A DNA stretch of 64,000 nt from the human T2T-CHM13v2.0 reference genome, Homo sapiens. Shown in pieces: positions 17,950 to 34,000 of this stretch. The stretch lies in the NCBI RefSeq assembly GCF_009914755.1, contig NC_060927.1. One strand, written 5' to 3'. Under the pieces are notes generated by a model, which made no database searches, was not told where the DNA came from, and saw nothing but the letters and a program-made list of their open reading frames with translations. A program made the translations under genes and the position numbers. Within the stretch, counting starts at the first letter, position 1, and each line of letters starts with the position of its first letter.

Positions 17950-18296
17950 TGATATGATTTGGCTGTGTTCCCACCCAAATCTCAACTTGAATTGTATTCC
18001 CACGTGTTGTGAGAGGAACCCAGTGGGAGATTATGGAGTCCTGGGGGTGGTTTCCTCCATACTGTTATGGTGGTGAATACGTCTCATGAGATCTGATGGT
18101 TTTATAAGGGGAAACACCTTTTGCTTGACTCTCATTCTCTCTTGCCTGCCACTACGTGAGATGTGTCTTTTGCCTTCCACCGTGATAGTGAGGCCTCCCT
18201 AGCCACGTGGAACTGAGTCCATTAAACCTCTTTTTCTTTATAAATTACCTAGTCTCGGGTATGTCTTTATCAGCAGTGTGAAAACAGACTAATACA
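17950..18296 (+). mobile_element. THE1 solo LTR
   Basis: 'tgatatgatttggctgtgttcccacccaaatctc' ... 'cagactaataca'; TSD aatac at 17945-17949 and 18297-18301. Confidence 0.93.
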
Positions 18297-18443
18297 AATA
18301 CCCGATGGAAGGGACTAGAAAGTCTAGACACAGATCCTTTCTTATATTAACATTTTACTTATGAGAAAACAGGCATTGAAGATCACTAGAAGAAGAAAGA
18401 ATTTTAAAAAATAGCCTTTGGGTCCATACATAGTATACAGCTA

Positions 18444-18819
<376 letters not shown>

Positions 18820-20799
18820 TTAAAAAACTGTGAAGAGTTTAGAAGATATGATGGAGACTATTTTGATGACCCTGCATAAGAAAATATTTTAAAATATGAG
18901 ACACAAAAATGTTAATCAACAATGTAATGATTAATAAATCTGACTACATTAAAGAACTTCTGTTCATCAGTCACTGCAAAGAGAGTGAATGTTTGAGCCG
19001 CGAAGCGAGAGATGTGAATAACTAAGAAAGGGCTGAAGTCAAAGATGTATAAAGAACTTCCACAAATCCAAAAGCCTAACTGAAAACTGGGCAAAAGTCT
19101 CAGATAGACACTTCACAAGAGAGGAAAGGTAAATTGCTGAGAAACAGAATAACTCTCTTAACCTTAAACTAATTAAACTATAAATGGAACTATAATTAAA
19201 TACAGTTAAACATATAGATATATATTACACAGCCAACAGATTGGTACAGGTTGAAAGGTCCAAAAGACTTTGAGTGTTAAAGTCAGTGGGCAGCCTGACA
19301 AACTTTCACTTATTGCTGAAAGGGCATGAATTTGTACCACCACTTTAGAAAACAGTTTGGCATTATCTAGTACATTTGAAGAGATGCAACCTCTATAATA
19401 CAGCATTATCACTCCTTAGTACATATCCTAGAAACAATTATCTGCATGTGTACCAACAGATAAGAATAAGAATGCTTATGATAGTGTTGCTCTTAACAGC
19501 CTCAATGGAAATGACCTGAATGTTAATCCACAGTAGAGCTGATAATAAACTAATTGTGGATTGATATGTCGTGGTTGAGTCTCATTAGCATAATAAATAA
19601 GTGAAAGGAATAAGAGACAAAAGAATACATATAGCGTGGTTGTATTAGTATATAATGTATTTTAAAGGATGCAAAATTGCCTGGTATCCCAAAGACTGAA
19701 ATCGAGACTCTCTTCCTTTCTCTCCAATTTCTTTGTACTTGCGTTTCCCCAGATATTGCATTTTACTCTATGAACTTAAATTTGACCTGCGGAAATATTT
19801 TGCCCCAGAGTTAGTTGTGATATTAAGTTTGTTATATTTAATAGGTAAAACCCAGTTATTATAAATTCTCTCAGAAAAAGGGAATTTCAGACATTCCTGT
19901 TTTTGTTGCTTTGTTTTGCAAAATTTATATATCTTTACTGTTGGCACTGTTTAATCTTTCTTACTTTGCTTATTAAAAACCTCTTCATTGCCACTCTCTT
20001 CCAGCACGGGGCTGAATTGCCTAGTGACATAGCTTCTGCTTCCACTTGAGTCAATATGGAATGTTATTTCTTTCTATCTATTCAATGATAAAACCCACTA
20101 CCTTTTTGTAAGCCAATTTATACTCAAGGTCTCTAGACCACCACAGCACTATACATCCTAAAATTCACCATGTGTGGCACTTTTATAGCCAACCCCCTTC
20201 CCACAGAATGTCAACTTAACTATTTTTATCAAGGCAACAAAATATTAAGTCGACAACTCATTATAGACCATAGCAATAAATATTGAAGTTCAAATTTCTT
20301 ACATAAACTCCTTTGTCAAAAATAACATCTGCAAGAACAATTTTATGAAGCAGGCACTATCACATTTCAGCAGCTTTTGGATAAAATGAACATTTTCTCC
20401 TTACTGAGATTTATTTCACCATTTGTTAGAAAAGCCTGTTAATATCAAGGCCAAATGCTAGAATTCCATTAATTTGCACCAAGAAGAAGGAAAAAACCCC
20501 ACATTTTAGAAGCTCAAAATGTACAGTTTGGAAAGGAAAAAGATAAACTAAGATTATTAAAAAATTGAATATGAGCTATGAAATGTTTTGCATCTATAAT
20601 ACCAAGATGACACCCCTAGGCTAGATCCTACTTTATCTTTATTATTTTTGGTTATTCTGTTAACTGTCCCAAGCATATTTTTCTGGTTTTCTACAGAACT
20701 GGCAACTGCTAATATTTCCTGATTTTGTTCAGTCACTTTCTTGCTGTGTTCTGCTCTGTGGAAATGTGTACGGTGCTAGGAGACCTAATTGAAAAATGG

Positions 20800-20935
20800 G
20801 TTTAGAGTGAGCCAGACCTGAATGTAAATCTTGACTTGGTCACTGAGCAAGTTATAGAACTTTCTCTGTGAAATTGCAATAATAATACTTTGTTCATGCT
20901 TTGAGGTTTGTGAGGACAATGAGTAATGCTTTCAT
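20800..20935 (+). mobile_element. MIR fragment
   Basis: 'gagccagacctgaatgtaaatcttgact...ttgtgaggacaatgagtaatgc'. Confidence 0.55.
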
Positions 20936-20972
20936 GGACAAGATGTCTCACTTTACAGTTGACAAAATACAT

Positions 20973-20974
<2 letters not shown>

Positions 20975-21005
<31 letters not shown>
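20975..21005. repeat. (CA)n microsatellite, about 15 units
   Basis: Perfect acacac run. Confidence 0.97.
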
Positions 21006-21006
<1 letters not shown>

Positions 21007-22171
21007 GTCTGGTACAGTGTAAGCCAATTTGCCATGCCAAAGGGCAGTTCAGAAGCAACAGCCCTACCATGGCCCAAGCAAAGTGGCTGTGGCCTGCTAC
21101 CTTCTGCATACTGGGTCGAATTCCAGGCATAAGCAGACGCCACTCATACACTCATATTTGGCCTACAGATTCATTTTGTTTAACTTGCATAGCACTATTT
21201 TAAAGGTAAATGCATGCCAGTCTGTAAAAATGGGATGACTTCATATAAAAGACAGAATTTTCTACTTCTCTTGAAAAATTGGAAGAAAGTGGTAGCGTGA
21301 GTCCACAAACTGCTGGGGGAAGATCATTAGGGCTGGGGAGTGGCAGCCTCTTTTCATGGCATATGCCCAGTCCATCATGGGCCACCCCAGGCTGCAATTC
21401 CCAGGTACTTTATCTGGCAGGCATTTTACTTGCTACTGGGAGTCTGATAAATGGATGGGCTACACAGTCTCCAGGTAAGCTGTCTTTCAAAAATGCTCTC
21501 ACACCCAGACCTGAGAAGTTTAAACAGCCTTCGTTGTGTGCTCTGGGAAGCAGGGAGGGTAGCTGTACTGCGGGTCAGTCAAGGTTAGTTCTTTGCTACC
21601 CAGGCTGGAGTGGCGATGACATTCTGAGCATCAATTGGCCACAGGCAAGGAGGGAAAGCCTCAGTGGCCCAGCCCTAGGAGGAGATGTGTGAGGTTATTT
21701 GTTCTTCCTAAGGATGGGCCAAGGCCATATGCTCAGGCAGCTTTTCTTCCTCTCTAGTTCATAAAATGCTGTTGAATATCTGTTCTTCTACTAACATCCT
21801 GAGTGCTAGGCCCTTTTCCATTTATTTTTTCTTCTCTACTCCTGATGTGGCTGCCCTCCTCACTATCAAGACTGCAGTGGCCAAACTATTTGGGTGAAGG
21901 GAGCATGGTCAGTGAGCAAAGAGTCCCTGGCTAGTGCAAGATTAAAATGGAAATTTGCATTTTCCACACATTCAGCTCTGAGCTGAAAGAGTGGAAGATG
22001 GAGTTTCTCCTTCCACAGAGCAAAGGAGCCAGTGGATTTATAAATAGGTGGAAAACTGTGCAGGATTTTCACCATAGGAATTCAGTGGAGAAGGAGCACT
22101 GAAATTAGATATTAGACATTCACAAAATTAACTAAGATCCCAAGCATAAAGAGTTATTCAATAGCTTCTAA

Positions 22172-22505
<334 letters not shown>

Positions 22506-23036
22506 TCAAGCCAACTTTTGATTGATAAATTGTTCCATCTTTTTCCTAATGTCACAGTTGGTAAATTTGGGAAATTGTAAAACAAATGTGAGGTGATTAA
22601 TTGCCCATGTTTGAAGCCTTGCCCTTTTTAGGTCCCTTCCTTTTCTCATTGCCCCATTTTCTATACTGTCCAATTATCTCTGACTTGGTATCCCTGAAAT
22701 GGAAACAAGTTCTGAAGTATTTGCTTTATACCAACATATACCCTCCCTGATCGTCCTCCCAGATGGATTTCTGTTTCCTGCAACATTCACGCAGTGGCCT
22801 CTTTGTGGTGGAAAGGTGAAGGGTAATTTCCACCAAAAGCTTGCTGAGGTATGTTTTAATTAAGGAATGGGATGTAGCACTTTCCAGTTACATTAATGAA
22901 AATTCCCAGAAACAATTCTGCTTGGAAGGAAATATGTGTAATCTTCAGTTGTGTCTGCAATGCCTAGAAGTATGGACCCGTCCATTATCAAAAGTAGAGT
23001 TCACTAATCATGATATAAGACCCCACTCAGTCTAGA

Positions 23037-23351
23037 GCTGCATTGTCCAACCCAGTGACCATGAGCCATATGTGGCTACTTAGCATTCAAAATGTGCCTA
23101 GTCCAAATTGAGAAGTGCTGTTAGTGCAAAACATACACTGGATTTCAAAGAATTAGCATGAAAAAACTTTTAAAATATCTAATTAACAAGTTTAAAATAT
23201 TGGTTGCATGTCAAAATGATATATTTTGGATATATTATATAAAATCTATTAGTAATATTAATTTTCACCATTTTTGAAGTTAAAAATGTGGCTACTAGAA
23301 AGTTTAGAAATGTGTATGTGGCTTACATTGTATTTCTGTTGGGCAGCACTG
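23037..23351. mobile_element. MER33-like hAT-Charlie MITE
   Basis: 'ctgcattgtccaa...gccatatgtggcta...gtggctactagaaa...ttgggcagcactg' flanked by tctaga on both sides. Confidence 0.8.
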
Positions 23352-24079
23352 CTCTAGAAGACGGAAGAAAACACTACCCTTTTCATTGCATCACCTTTCA
23401 GTCCCTGTGAAGTCTACCCAGGATAAATATTCAGGGATCCATCACTCTCCCTTCTCCTCTCTTCCATGCCAGTTCCCCTGGGTATCCTCTAACCTCAACA
23501 CTCCACCACCTTCCATTTGTCTCTCATTATGGGTGACACTCTTTAAGATGCTAAAGACCAAATGGATCATGGTTTTTTACTCTTTCTTGGAAGGGCATTG
23601 AGAGATCTATAGTCTCCCTTGTAGCAGAATTGATTTAGCTCTTTTAAAGTCTTCAGATAGGTACATTAACCATACAAACAAACTGTCCTCCTACTAATTT
23701 TGATGACCTTCCATGGCCAAGTTTTGAAGAGCTCTGATGCTAATATGATCTCAGACTCCTGACTTGATTCCACCAGATATCCTGTCCTACCATGCATGCA
23801 AAATAACTCTCCATAAAACCCACCGAATACTTTTCAATGTATTCCATGTATTTTCTTACTGCATCCTCACAGAATACATTGAATAAAGTAGATCTATTAT
23901 AAAGCTCATTTTATAGCTATAGTTCCCAAAATGTAAAGTGTTTTGCACAAAGACTCAGAAAGGGCTAATCATAGAATTAGGTCATAAGCCCTAATTCTCT
24001 TCCAGGACCCCTGGTTCTCTACAGCAAGTGTAGAAAACAACAGAAAATATGCTCACACTCTTACACAATAGCTCTAACC

Positions 24080-25210
24080 AGTTTCTCCTCCAATCCAGTT
24101 TTCACAATGTTGCCCGAGTTATCCTTTGAAAATGCAGACTTGTTTATATGTATTCGCTATAAAACAAACAAACACAAGCCAATCTTCACTGGCCATCGAA
24201 TTACAACCAATCCCTTTAGTCTGCATAAGTGGACATTGATATGCCATCCCAGCCTTATTTCTTTCCTCTCCATCTGCAATCTCTGGAAGAAGCAGGTTGG
24301 GTTTTCCCTCTTCCACACTGCACCCAGCACCTGCTCAAATGCCACAACTCAGCACTTCTTGGGTCTTGTTTTCTCAGATCCTCTCTTCTGGCTCTTTCCA
24401 TCACCTCTAAATCACTCACCCCCTTTATCTTCTAACAAAGCCTTTGGGCTCAGAGCAAATGTCGATTCTATTGAAAGCTTCATCCAAACTTCCTCCAAAC
24501 TTCCTAGGAAGAATTAATATCTTCCTTCTCTGGGTTTCTGTAATCCTTTGTACCGACTTTGTCCACTATACAGTACCATTATTACTATTATGTTAGAGTC
24601 AACTCTTGTGGTTGTCTCCTGCTTTAGACTGTGAACTTCTTGAGGACAGAGACTGTCCATCTTTGTATCTCTATGTGTAGTAGATGCTCAGTGGATGGTC
24701 CCATCCATTCTCATCTATATATTGGTGTTTCCCAGGTCTATCTGCTGAACTCAGCTTTCTCCCCCAGTTCCAGATCCAATCATCTGACAAATATCTCTCA
24801 TCTGATGTTCCACAGGGACTTAAAGCTCATTGTGACTTAACTTGAACTCACTTCCTCCCCTACCCAACCTGCTTCTTCTAGAGTCCCTATCTCTGTTTTT
24901 GACATCATCATCTATCCAGCTGCTCAATCCAGAGAGTGGGAGTTATCCTTGACTACATCCCCTCTTTTGCCGACATTCCTCTCCTTCATCCAAACAAACT
25001 GATGTATTACTTCTGCTTCTCAAAGATCAATTAAATCTGTGTACTTTATCCCTACTGCCATTATCTCAGGACATCATCATCTCTTGCCTAGATTACAGAA
25101 ATTAAATCCTTTGGTGTCTCCTTGTCTTCAGACTTGCCTCCAGCTCCCAGAAAAGTATCTGGCATGTTGCAAGTACTCAATAAATGTATATTGAATGAAT
25201 CAATCAATGG
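24080..25210 (+). mobile_element. L2 LINE fragments
   Basis: 'ttagactgtgaacttcttgaggacagagactgtc', L2 body text, 3' tail 'ctcaataaatgtatattgaatgaat'. Confidence 0.7.
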
Positions 25211-26491
25211 CTGTGCATAGATGAGTTCACATCTGGCGCAGCCATGCTCAAAGGAACCTCATCTGTTTGAAAATGTCCACTCGCTTCCTGATGGAACGAC
25301 CCAGGAAATGACTTTAGAGCTGTTTGTTTTTGAATTGAAGACTTGAATAGTTTTCTTAACATATGTAGCACCCAGAAGCTTTCAACACATTTGTAGATCA
25401 GTCATGTCGGTTAAGTTTCACATTCCCCTATGAAATAAATGACCTTGAGAACTCCCTTTGGTAGCTGGGTCTCTTTTTTGCAGAGTTACAGAGTCTAAAT
25501 CATTTTCCCAGAGTTAGCAAGGTGGCAAGGAGAAGAGGCAGGGCTCAGGTCAAAGCATGCAGTCTACAAAGGCTAGACCAGTTTGGCTAAATTTGGCCTC
25601 AGACTCACTGGAGCAGGCTTGGATCTCTCACTCAGTGGAAAGCTTGCTCCTCAGAGAGTAGCTCTGGCAAGGGGATACTGTAGGCCAGTGGAGCTGAATG
25701 AAAACTTCTGAGCCTCTGCTGACTAGAGGCCTGACACCTCATGCTCATAGCCTGTGGAGCCTGGGAGAGGGGCAAGTGAAGGAAGGCCTGGAACTTGGGC
25801 TTGAGGCTCTTCCTTGCCTCACTGTCATCAGTAGTTATGGCTGTCTCTTCCAGATTACTGCTGGAGATGTTAGGAACGATGTGCTCTCTCTCTCTCTCTC
25901 TTGCTCTCTGTCCTTAGTTTGCTTTCTGGAAACCAAAACTGCTGGAAATGCAGAAATGCTGTTGATGAAATCTATTTGGTAAGGGCAGAAAATTCAGAAT
26001 TGTGAGTAATCACAGGATGCAAGAAGAATTGCTGCAGTCAGCTTTGATGCCAGGAAATAGGCTGTGGATGGGCACAGATAGTGGAAGAAAAGAATGGGAG
26101 CACATCTCAAATAACACTGCAGGTGGCCTGAGCTCTGGAGTGGGCCCACATCTTCCCTAGGCACCATGTGTAGCACTGCTGATGGGGAGCAGGAAGATTT
26201 CACTCATGTGGTTCTCAGTGGGTGCACACTGAGCACCACTGTGTGTGAGGCCCTGTGCCAGGCACTGGGCATGGAGCTGACGCAGCACAATCCCTGCTTC
26301 CTAGCCGCATAGTGTAGCCAAGCAGATAAGCTGTGCACATAAATAGCATGGTGCAAAATACAAAGTCATACATTTCACAAAAGAGATTTTTACAAGGTCC
26401 TGGGGCATCTAGAGTGGAGGGAACCAGGGGCCTTCTTCATGAGGGAAGAGGGATATTGTGACCTGTTAGGTTAGGTATTTAAGTTAGTTTT

Positions 26492-26760
26492 GGTGTAGTC
26501 AGGTGTGGCATAGTAAGAAACATTCAAACTGGAATGGCAAAACAATTACATTTATTACTCACAGACCCTGAGACATGAGAACAGTACACCTTTCAGGTCA
26601 ACAGGAAGGGGAAGGGGACATCCAGAACACATGAGCTCAACCAGCAGATTGGAAACAAAAGAGAGGGAGGAAACTGTGGGCTGAAGCCTTGACTGGGATT
26701 CAGGGCATTGCCTATAGGGGTTTCCCATAGGAGGGTTGGATTGCTTAATTTGAAGGGAGT
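26492..26760 (-). mobile_element. ERVL LTR fragment (MER74/MER88/LTR53 group)
   Basis: 'tgtagtcaggtgtggcatagtaagaaac...tttattactcacaga' resembles the reverse 3' end of this group; family uncertain. Confidence 0.4.
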
Positions 26761-27349
26761 ATGAAGCTAAGTGTGGGAACTTAGGGTTACCTTGTCAAGT
26801 TCACCAGGCTTGAAGCAGAAGTAAGGTGGTTAAGTGGTTCAGGGTACAGGGCCTTATCTGTCTAAAAAATGAAGATGGGAACTGGGTGAAGACCGTCTTG
26901 AAATATGTAGGTCAACTGTGACAAGCAGGGACAGGATAACAAGAAAGATGTTGCAGCAGCATTAATATAATGAGAATTATGACAAGACATTTCAACTGGG
27001 CTTAGACTTATATGTAGACTTGGATAAACAGAGAGTAAGAACATTCCAGAATGAAATAATTGCATATATAAAATCAAGAGCTAGGATTCATGGCAAGGAA
27101 TCTGTTGCTAAAAGTTCTTCAAAACTCAGGAATAGGGAACCTGGCAGCTCTAGGCAATCTGGCCTTCTCTGTTGCTTCTGTGGATTTTAACCCCTGCTCC
27201 TGTGGCTGGTGGCTAAGGGTTTCTATTTCTATATGATTCTGGAGCTTTATGGCTACTTGGTTCTTAGCTTGTTAGTTACCCGCGAAATAATTCTACAGAG
27301 TTGATTTCCAGGGTATTGAGTCCTGTTCCCTGGTGGAAATCCTCTGCAT

Positions 27350-27834
27350 AAAAGTTGTTGCTGACTTTCTTAGTGCACTCTCTCTGTATCTTTTGATTCC
27401 TTTACCATTTTCGTGCATACTGGCCCCCCACATGCTTTCCCTCCCAATGGCCAGCAAATGCACCTTTGTCGATGACTGCCCGAAGGCTGAGGGGCCTGCT
27501 TGGCCTGTGCCCATGAAGACCAAGATATGCCTGGGAATTTATGTCCTTCCCAGGGTCAGCCCTTGACTGGTGATAGATGGATGTAAAGTAGAAGTACTCT
27601 ACTTTCGTTGTCCCCGACATGTGCCTAACCTGCCTCCAGAGACATTGTGAGGTTAAGCCAAAGTTTCCTCTGGGGACTTAGCTGGGCATCATACATTGCT
27701 TGACCTTTTTTCTTTCCTGATCCCACTTCCCCTTCACTTCTCCAGGTTTTCCCTAGAGAAAATTACTTCCTAATAAATTACTATCACTCAAACTTTCATC
27801 TCAAGGTCTGCTTCTGTGGAATCCAACTAAGACA
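27350..27834 (+). mobile_element. LTR16-like ERVL LTR
   Basis: 'ccagggtcagcccttgac' and 3' end 'cctaataaattac...ctcaaggtctgcttctgtggaatccaactaagaca'. Confidence 0.65.
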
Positions 27835-28330
27835 TAAGCCAAGTCTGGTAGGCAACATAATGCCCCCTTCAAAGTGTTCACATCCTCACCCTTAGGGCTT
27901 ATGAATACAGCAAAGGGGGCTTTGCAGGTGTAACTAAGGTTGTAGATCTTAAGACAGAGAGATCATCTTGGGTTACCTGGGTGGGCCTAATCTAATCATG
28001 TGAACTCTTAAAAGCAGATAACTCTCTGGAAGGAGGCAGGAAGATGCAGCAGAAGAAGCAATCAGAGAGATTGGAAGCATAAGAAGGATTTGACACACGT
28101 TTGTTGCCTCTGAGATGCATGGGCCAAGTGCAAGGACCTGAGAGTGGCCTCTAGGAGTTGACATCTGGTAAGGAAAACAGAGGCTTCCATCCTATAGCTG
28201 CAAGGAACTTAATTTAGCCAACATTTTGAATGAGTTAGAAACAGATTCTTTCCAGTGCCTCCCACAGGCTGACACCTTAATTTCCACCTATGAAACCCAG
28301 AGCAACGAGACCAGTCAAGTCCACTCTTAA

Positions 28331-28938
<608 letters not shown>

Positions 28939-30473
28939 CGTAGTTCTTTCTTTTGACCTGTAGAACTGTGAGATAATAATATGTATTTTTTTAAGCTGCC
29001 AAATTTGTAGTAATTTGTTACAGCAGCAATGGAAACAAATATACCCAAGTTTCACATAAATAATGTGCACACTCACTGTCTATCCTGGTGGTGACTTGTG
29101 CTGGGAATGTCATGAATTTTTTCCATATGACCACCCATACTTCAGATCCACACTGATGTAAAGATTTATGAAGTCTGTTGAGCTTTCCAAGGGCCGTCAT
29201 TTCTTCTGCCCTCTCCCTGACCTCAATCTGGTTGCACTAGGGGTAGGGGCCTTAGTTTGCTTTATTTTCCTCTTACCTGTATTTTATCAGTGAAGGAATG
29301 CAGAGGACTGTGGAGATGGGACTTCTGGCAGTGCAGAGGGCATAGGCAGAAATGGGAAATCACTTGGTTGTGGTGAATTAGCTTGTCACCTGAGGGACAG
29401 GGGGAATTAGCACAGAGGGAGCTCCCACCAGGGCACTGAACTCCTATATTAGGTTCTCCAGGTTGCGATGTGTGAGTGCAAAGAGTGAAACTGCATTCGG
29501 AAATCCTGAGGTCCTTAGAGCAAAGGAGCTCGGCCTCCATCCTACAGTAGCAAGAATTGTTGGAGGCTCTCAGCAAGGGTCCTGGATTCTCCAATGACAT
29601 ATTTATTCTTTCTCTTCTGCATCTCTGTTGAAGCACGTGTGCTCCTTTTACCAATTATGAGATTTTTTTCCTGATCTTCTGTCTAACAATAACTTACTCT
29701 GAGCAGACACTCTGTAGTCTCAATATGTAATATTTTTTATCTACGTGCAGCTGCACACCTGTGCTATAGCCTTGAGGCCTGAATAGAAGCCGACTTCTCC
29801 ACTGGGAGGTTTCCCTACATTACCACTCGGTGATATAGAAGTTTCTTCTATCCCAGTGCCTGACTCTGACAATCTGAACTGATGAAAGGTAAGAGAAATG
29901 ACAATCTGAGCACCTGCTGCTCCCCAGGCTCTTTCTCTTTCTGCCTCCACCTATAGAGAGGCACCTCTACTTGTGAATATGCTCCCAGGCCTGTGGTGAT
30001 GTCAGGTTGTATTAAAGGATAGAGCACAAGTCCTGCCCAAACAGACCTTACCCAGTGGTGTTCTTCCTGTTGCCCTGTCCTTAGCTTTTTTGTGTGTGTT
30101 TAGTTTTTGAGCACCCTGAGAATGGATTCATTTCTCAGGCAAATTTTACATTAATAAAGCTCATGAATAAGACTAACGTATAATGTAAATAGGCCAAATC
30201 CATCATTTACAAGAACTGTCTCAAGAAGCAAAATGTTTAAAGTTCAAATTAGTAGCACAGTCTTTCCCTGTTTTCAGAGTTAGTTGAAATTCAAATCGTA
30301 ATCAGAATCCCAACTCTCATTTGCAGTGAAATCTCTGCCACGGAGAGAACATTCTGAAGCCCAAGGGGTCCACAGATATTCCCTGTAGTCAGCCATGCAG
30401 GAAGCCAAATAATCCAAAGGTTGATTGGTAAGGGTGGAATCAGAACCAGGGGAATTAAATAAATGTTCAATAC

Positions 30474-31068
30474 TTGTGGCTTTTTCACTCCTGTAGTTCA
30501 GCGAACGAGAGTGGCGCCCAGCAGCTGCTTCTCTCCTGTTGTTTGCTGAGTGGGAGGGAGTGTTACAGCTCTTGTACTCTGCTGCCTACAGCTCAGCGGG
30601 CAGGAGTACTAAGCTCTTTCACTCCCACAGTTCGGCGAGTTCCAGGTTCTTGTCCCACGACCAAGAGAAATAACACACGTGGACACTGGAGAGTGAGTAA
30701 AGCAGAGTAGAATTTTATTGAGCGACAGAAAGACAGCTCTCAGTATCAAGAGGGGACCCAAAAGTGGGTTGCTATCTGTGAGGCTGAGTCCAGGGTTTTT
30801 CATGGGTCTAGAATGGGGTAGTGTGTGTTGATTGGTCCATGGATGGTCTTGGAAAAAGCACCATTCAATTGGGTAAAAGGCATAATTAAGAAGGAACCAA
30901 TCCAGAGAGTGGGTAAAACCGGGATAGAAGTTCTCACTCAGTTGTGGACTCTGTTTGGAACTGGCAGCTTGGTTTTCAGGCTTTAAACTGTCCTTGGCTT
31001 GAAGGTGGGGTTTCACTGGGGACCCATCCCTGTCTGCCTAGGAATTTGTCTGTCTCCTGTCACTATCA
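30474..31068 (-). mobile_element. ERV1 solo LTR, LTR27/MER52-group
   Basis: Minus strand starts 'tgatagtgacaggagacagacaaattcctaggcagacagggatgggtcccc'; AATAAA at the expected place; possible TSD atac at 30470-30473 and 31069-31072. Confidence 0.78.
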
Positions 31069-34000
31069 ATACCATCACGACATCATAGCTGGATGCTGTT
31101 CTCTTACAGTTGGGATGGTCTTAGAATGGCATTGGAATACTCAGAGTCCATTATCAAGGATTCACCATGTCTTTCTCCATCTTCATATTAAAGCTGTCTT
31201 TGCACCACAACCTAAATGCACTACTTCTGTTGGGCATGATCTTATCTTCACTGGACAGTGTTTAGCTTCTTAACATTCCAGTGTTCAGGGGATCTCTCTG
31301 GTTTTTGCATGGCTGATACAGGCCCTTTTCTAAGGAAGTTTCTTCTTTAGATACCAATATGTTTAATCTGTTTAGATAGGTCCTGCTAAATAGAAATCCC
31401 TTCTGACTTCTTGAGGTATGTTTTCTCCATTTCATTACAAATTGAATTTACAACTTGACTGTCAAGAAAAAATATTTCTGTCATTCTCATGTTCTCTCAT
31501 TATGTATCCCAAACTTCTCAGAAAGTCATAAGCTTCACCATTTTCTCTCTATGACTTCCTGCCCTGATATTCTCTAGAAGTTCTAGGCTCCAAATGGGTA
31601 TATAAGTCTTACATGGGATAAAGGTGCAGGGACAGGGTCTAACACCTTGGCCACTACAGGATATGTGCCCAACCAGCAGACAGCTACTCAGAAGTCTGAT
31701 TGCTACAGAAGATATGCAGTGGGAGAGGGAAATTTTTTTTTCTTTCTTTCAAAAAAGCAGGGCTGGGTGATGGGATGAGGCATGGACCACCTATTGTCAT
31801 TTATTTATCTATATCCATCTACCTTTTTAGTGAAAAATGTTACTAGATTTTGGCTATTGACTACAAATTGTGGTTTCAGCGTGGCTGTGAGTTTCTTAAT
31901 TTGGGGGGTTATTTATAGTTTGGGGAAATCTCTATTGAGTGTTTCTCACTAGATTTAATCATAAATATAATTCCTAGTTCTTCAGCATATTTTGAGGTTT
32001 GTAGCTACAATGTCTAAACTTAAAACTATGAATATCATTAGCAAATGAAAGGCATTGTTACTGTCCTGGCTTCTCTCTTCCTTTGCACATGAATTTGGGC
32101 AGGTGAAGTTTTGGACATACAGCTCTAATTAATTGAGACTCAACAGCAATAACTTCATGATGTAAAGTAACTTCATGATAAGGGCTCTCCGAAATGTCAG
32201 CATTCATGTTGGCATCTTTCTAAAGAGTCTGTTGACTGTAAAATTGACTTTATGAATTTTAGAAATAGGTCAAGTTTAACAGGACCTTTAATAATTTCAA
32301 GACTCAGCATATGCCATGGGAAATGAAGACTGAAAATATTAAAAGTAAATATTTTAGGGGCAGTGTTCTTAGTAGGGAAAACTGAATATTTTTCTGAAGT
32401 GTTTGTGCTGTTGGCCTTCTGTTTATGTTCTTTCACAGGTTGTGATATGTTGGAAAATGGATGAGCTTGAAGCTGGTAAAAACAAGAATGGAATCCAATC
32501 AAAAGAGTTTAGATCAATTGATTTTACTTCTCTTTGAACTTTGCTTAACAGAAAAATGTGGGCGACGATATCAGGATTCAAGATACAACATACATAAAGT
32601 TGTCAGCAGGTGTTAATTTTTTCCTTTTGCAGCACCTTTATCTTCTTTTATTTTTAGTCACTTTTATTCTTTGACCCATCAATATCATCACATCTCATCT
32701 TTTTCAAATCGGGTACTTTGGATCAGTTTCTAGTCTATACATAATCCCAGAGATAAGAAAAGTTCCTTTATTTGAGGATAATTTGTCATGAACATTACTA
32801 TCATGTTTTGACATTTATCAAATATTTGCTGGTTTGGGAAAGAGACCATTAGTATATAAAACCTCAACATCGCATCTACTGTATTGCTTAGGCAGGCAGA
32901 AGAATAAATGAAATTAAAGCATTTGTTCTTCTAAATTATGAGGTGATCTCATGTTCTTCATTCACATATGTAATATTACTCTTTAATCTTCTCCAAAATA
33001 TGTTCTTATCTGTCAGCTGATTTAATTTGACCCTCCCAGACCACTTTAGGAAATTGTTTGATACTTTTTTTTTGTTGTTACAGTCAAGGAAACTGAGACA
33101 CAAAAAGACACAAAAGACGCATACCCAGCTTTAGTGTCTTGCCCAAAGAATCCAAGGCTCACCAGTGCTAGATAGGTTTTTTTAATCCCCAGAGGAGCTA
33201 CAGACACCTTAAATGCTATGCCATTTGCAGTAAGTATTTGCACATAGTCATGCATTAATCATGTTAATATTAATGTTATAAACACCCATGCATCTATTTT
33301 AAGGTGCACCAAGGTAACAGTTTGGCCACACGCATTATTTTCTTTTCGGATTTTTAATCATTCATAATATCTAGCCAATAACAATTTCAGTACAAATGGA
33401 TTAGTGAGCATATTACAATCACTTCTACCTATAGTTATTGCCCTTGGAAAGACTTTATTCTCAGCTATTTATTAAGAGCTTCAAAACTCTTAGCATAACA
33501 TAAATTAAATCAGATTATTTAAAATGGTCACTAGTGCATTATAATAGTTCTTGGTTGCAAATGTATGTTTTGTTATTTTTGAGTCCTTTGATTATGACTA
33601 TACATTAGCAATAAATATAAATATATCATCAATCCAGCTTTGAAATCAAAGATTTTTAGCCAATTTACCCTATGTAAGTTCATAAAGCAATATCACCTTC
33701 TAACTTAAAGATAAAGTGACTTAAAACCGACTGAGCAGATGTGTTTAAATGCTCTTGCACCAATTCTAGTGTCTCCCAAGCAGGGAAACACTGTAAGAAA
33801 AGAAAACAAACTCACAGATTCCCTTCTCTCATCTACATTCAGCCCAAGCATGAAAAGTATTACCAGTAGCCAAAAAATGTAATTTAATTCACTCCTACTT
33901 GGATTTCCACCTGGACTTCATCATACAACAATGAGAAAAGAATATGTTAAATGCATACAGCCTATATAACATTTTTAATGAAATGTTGGTATGCCCCTCT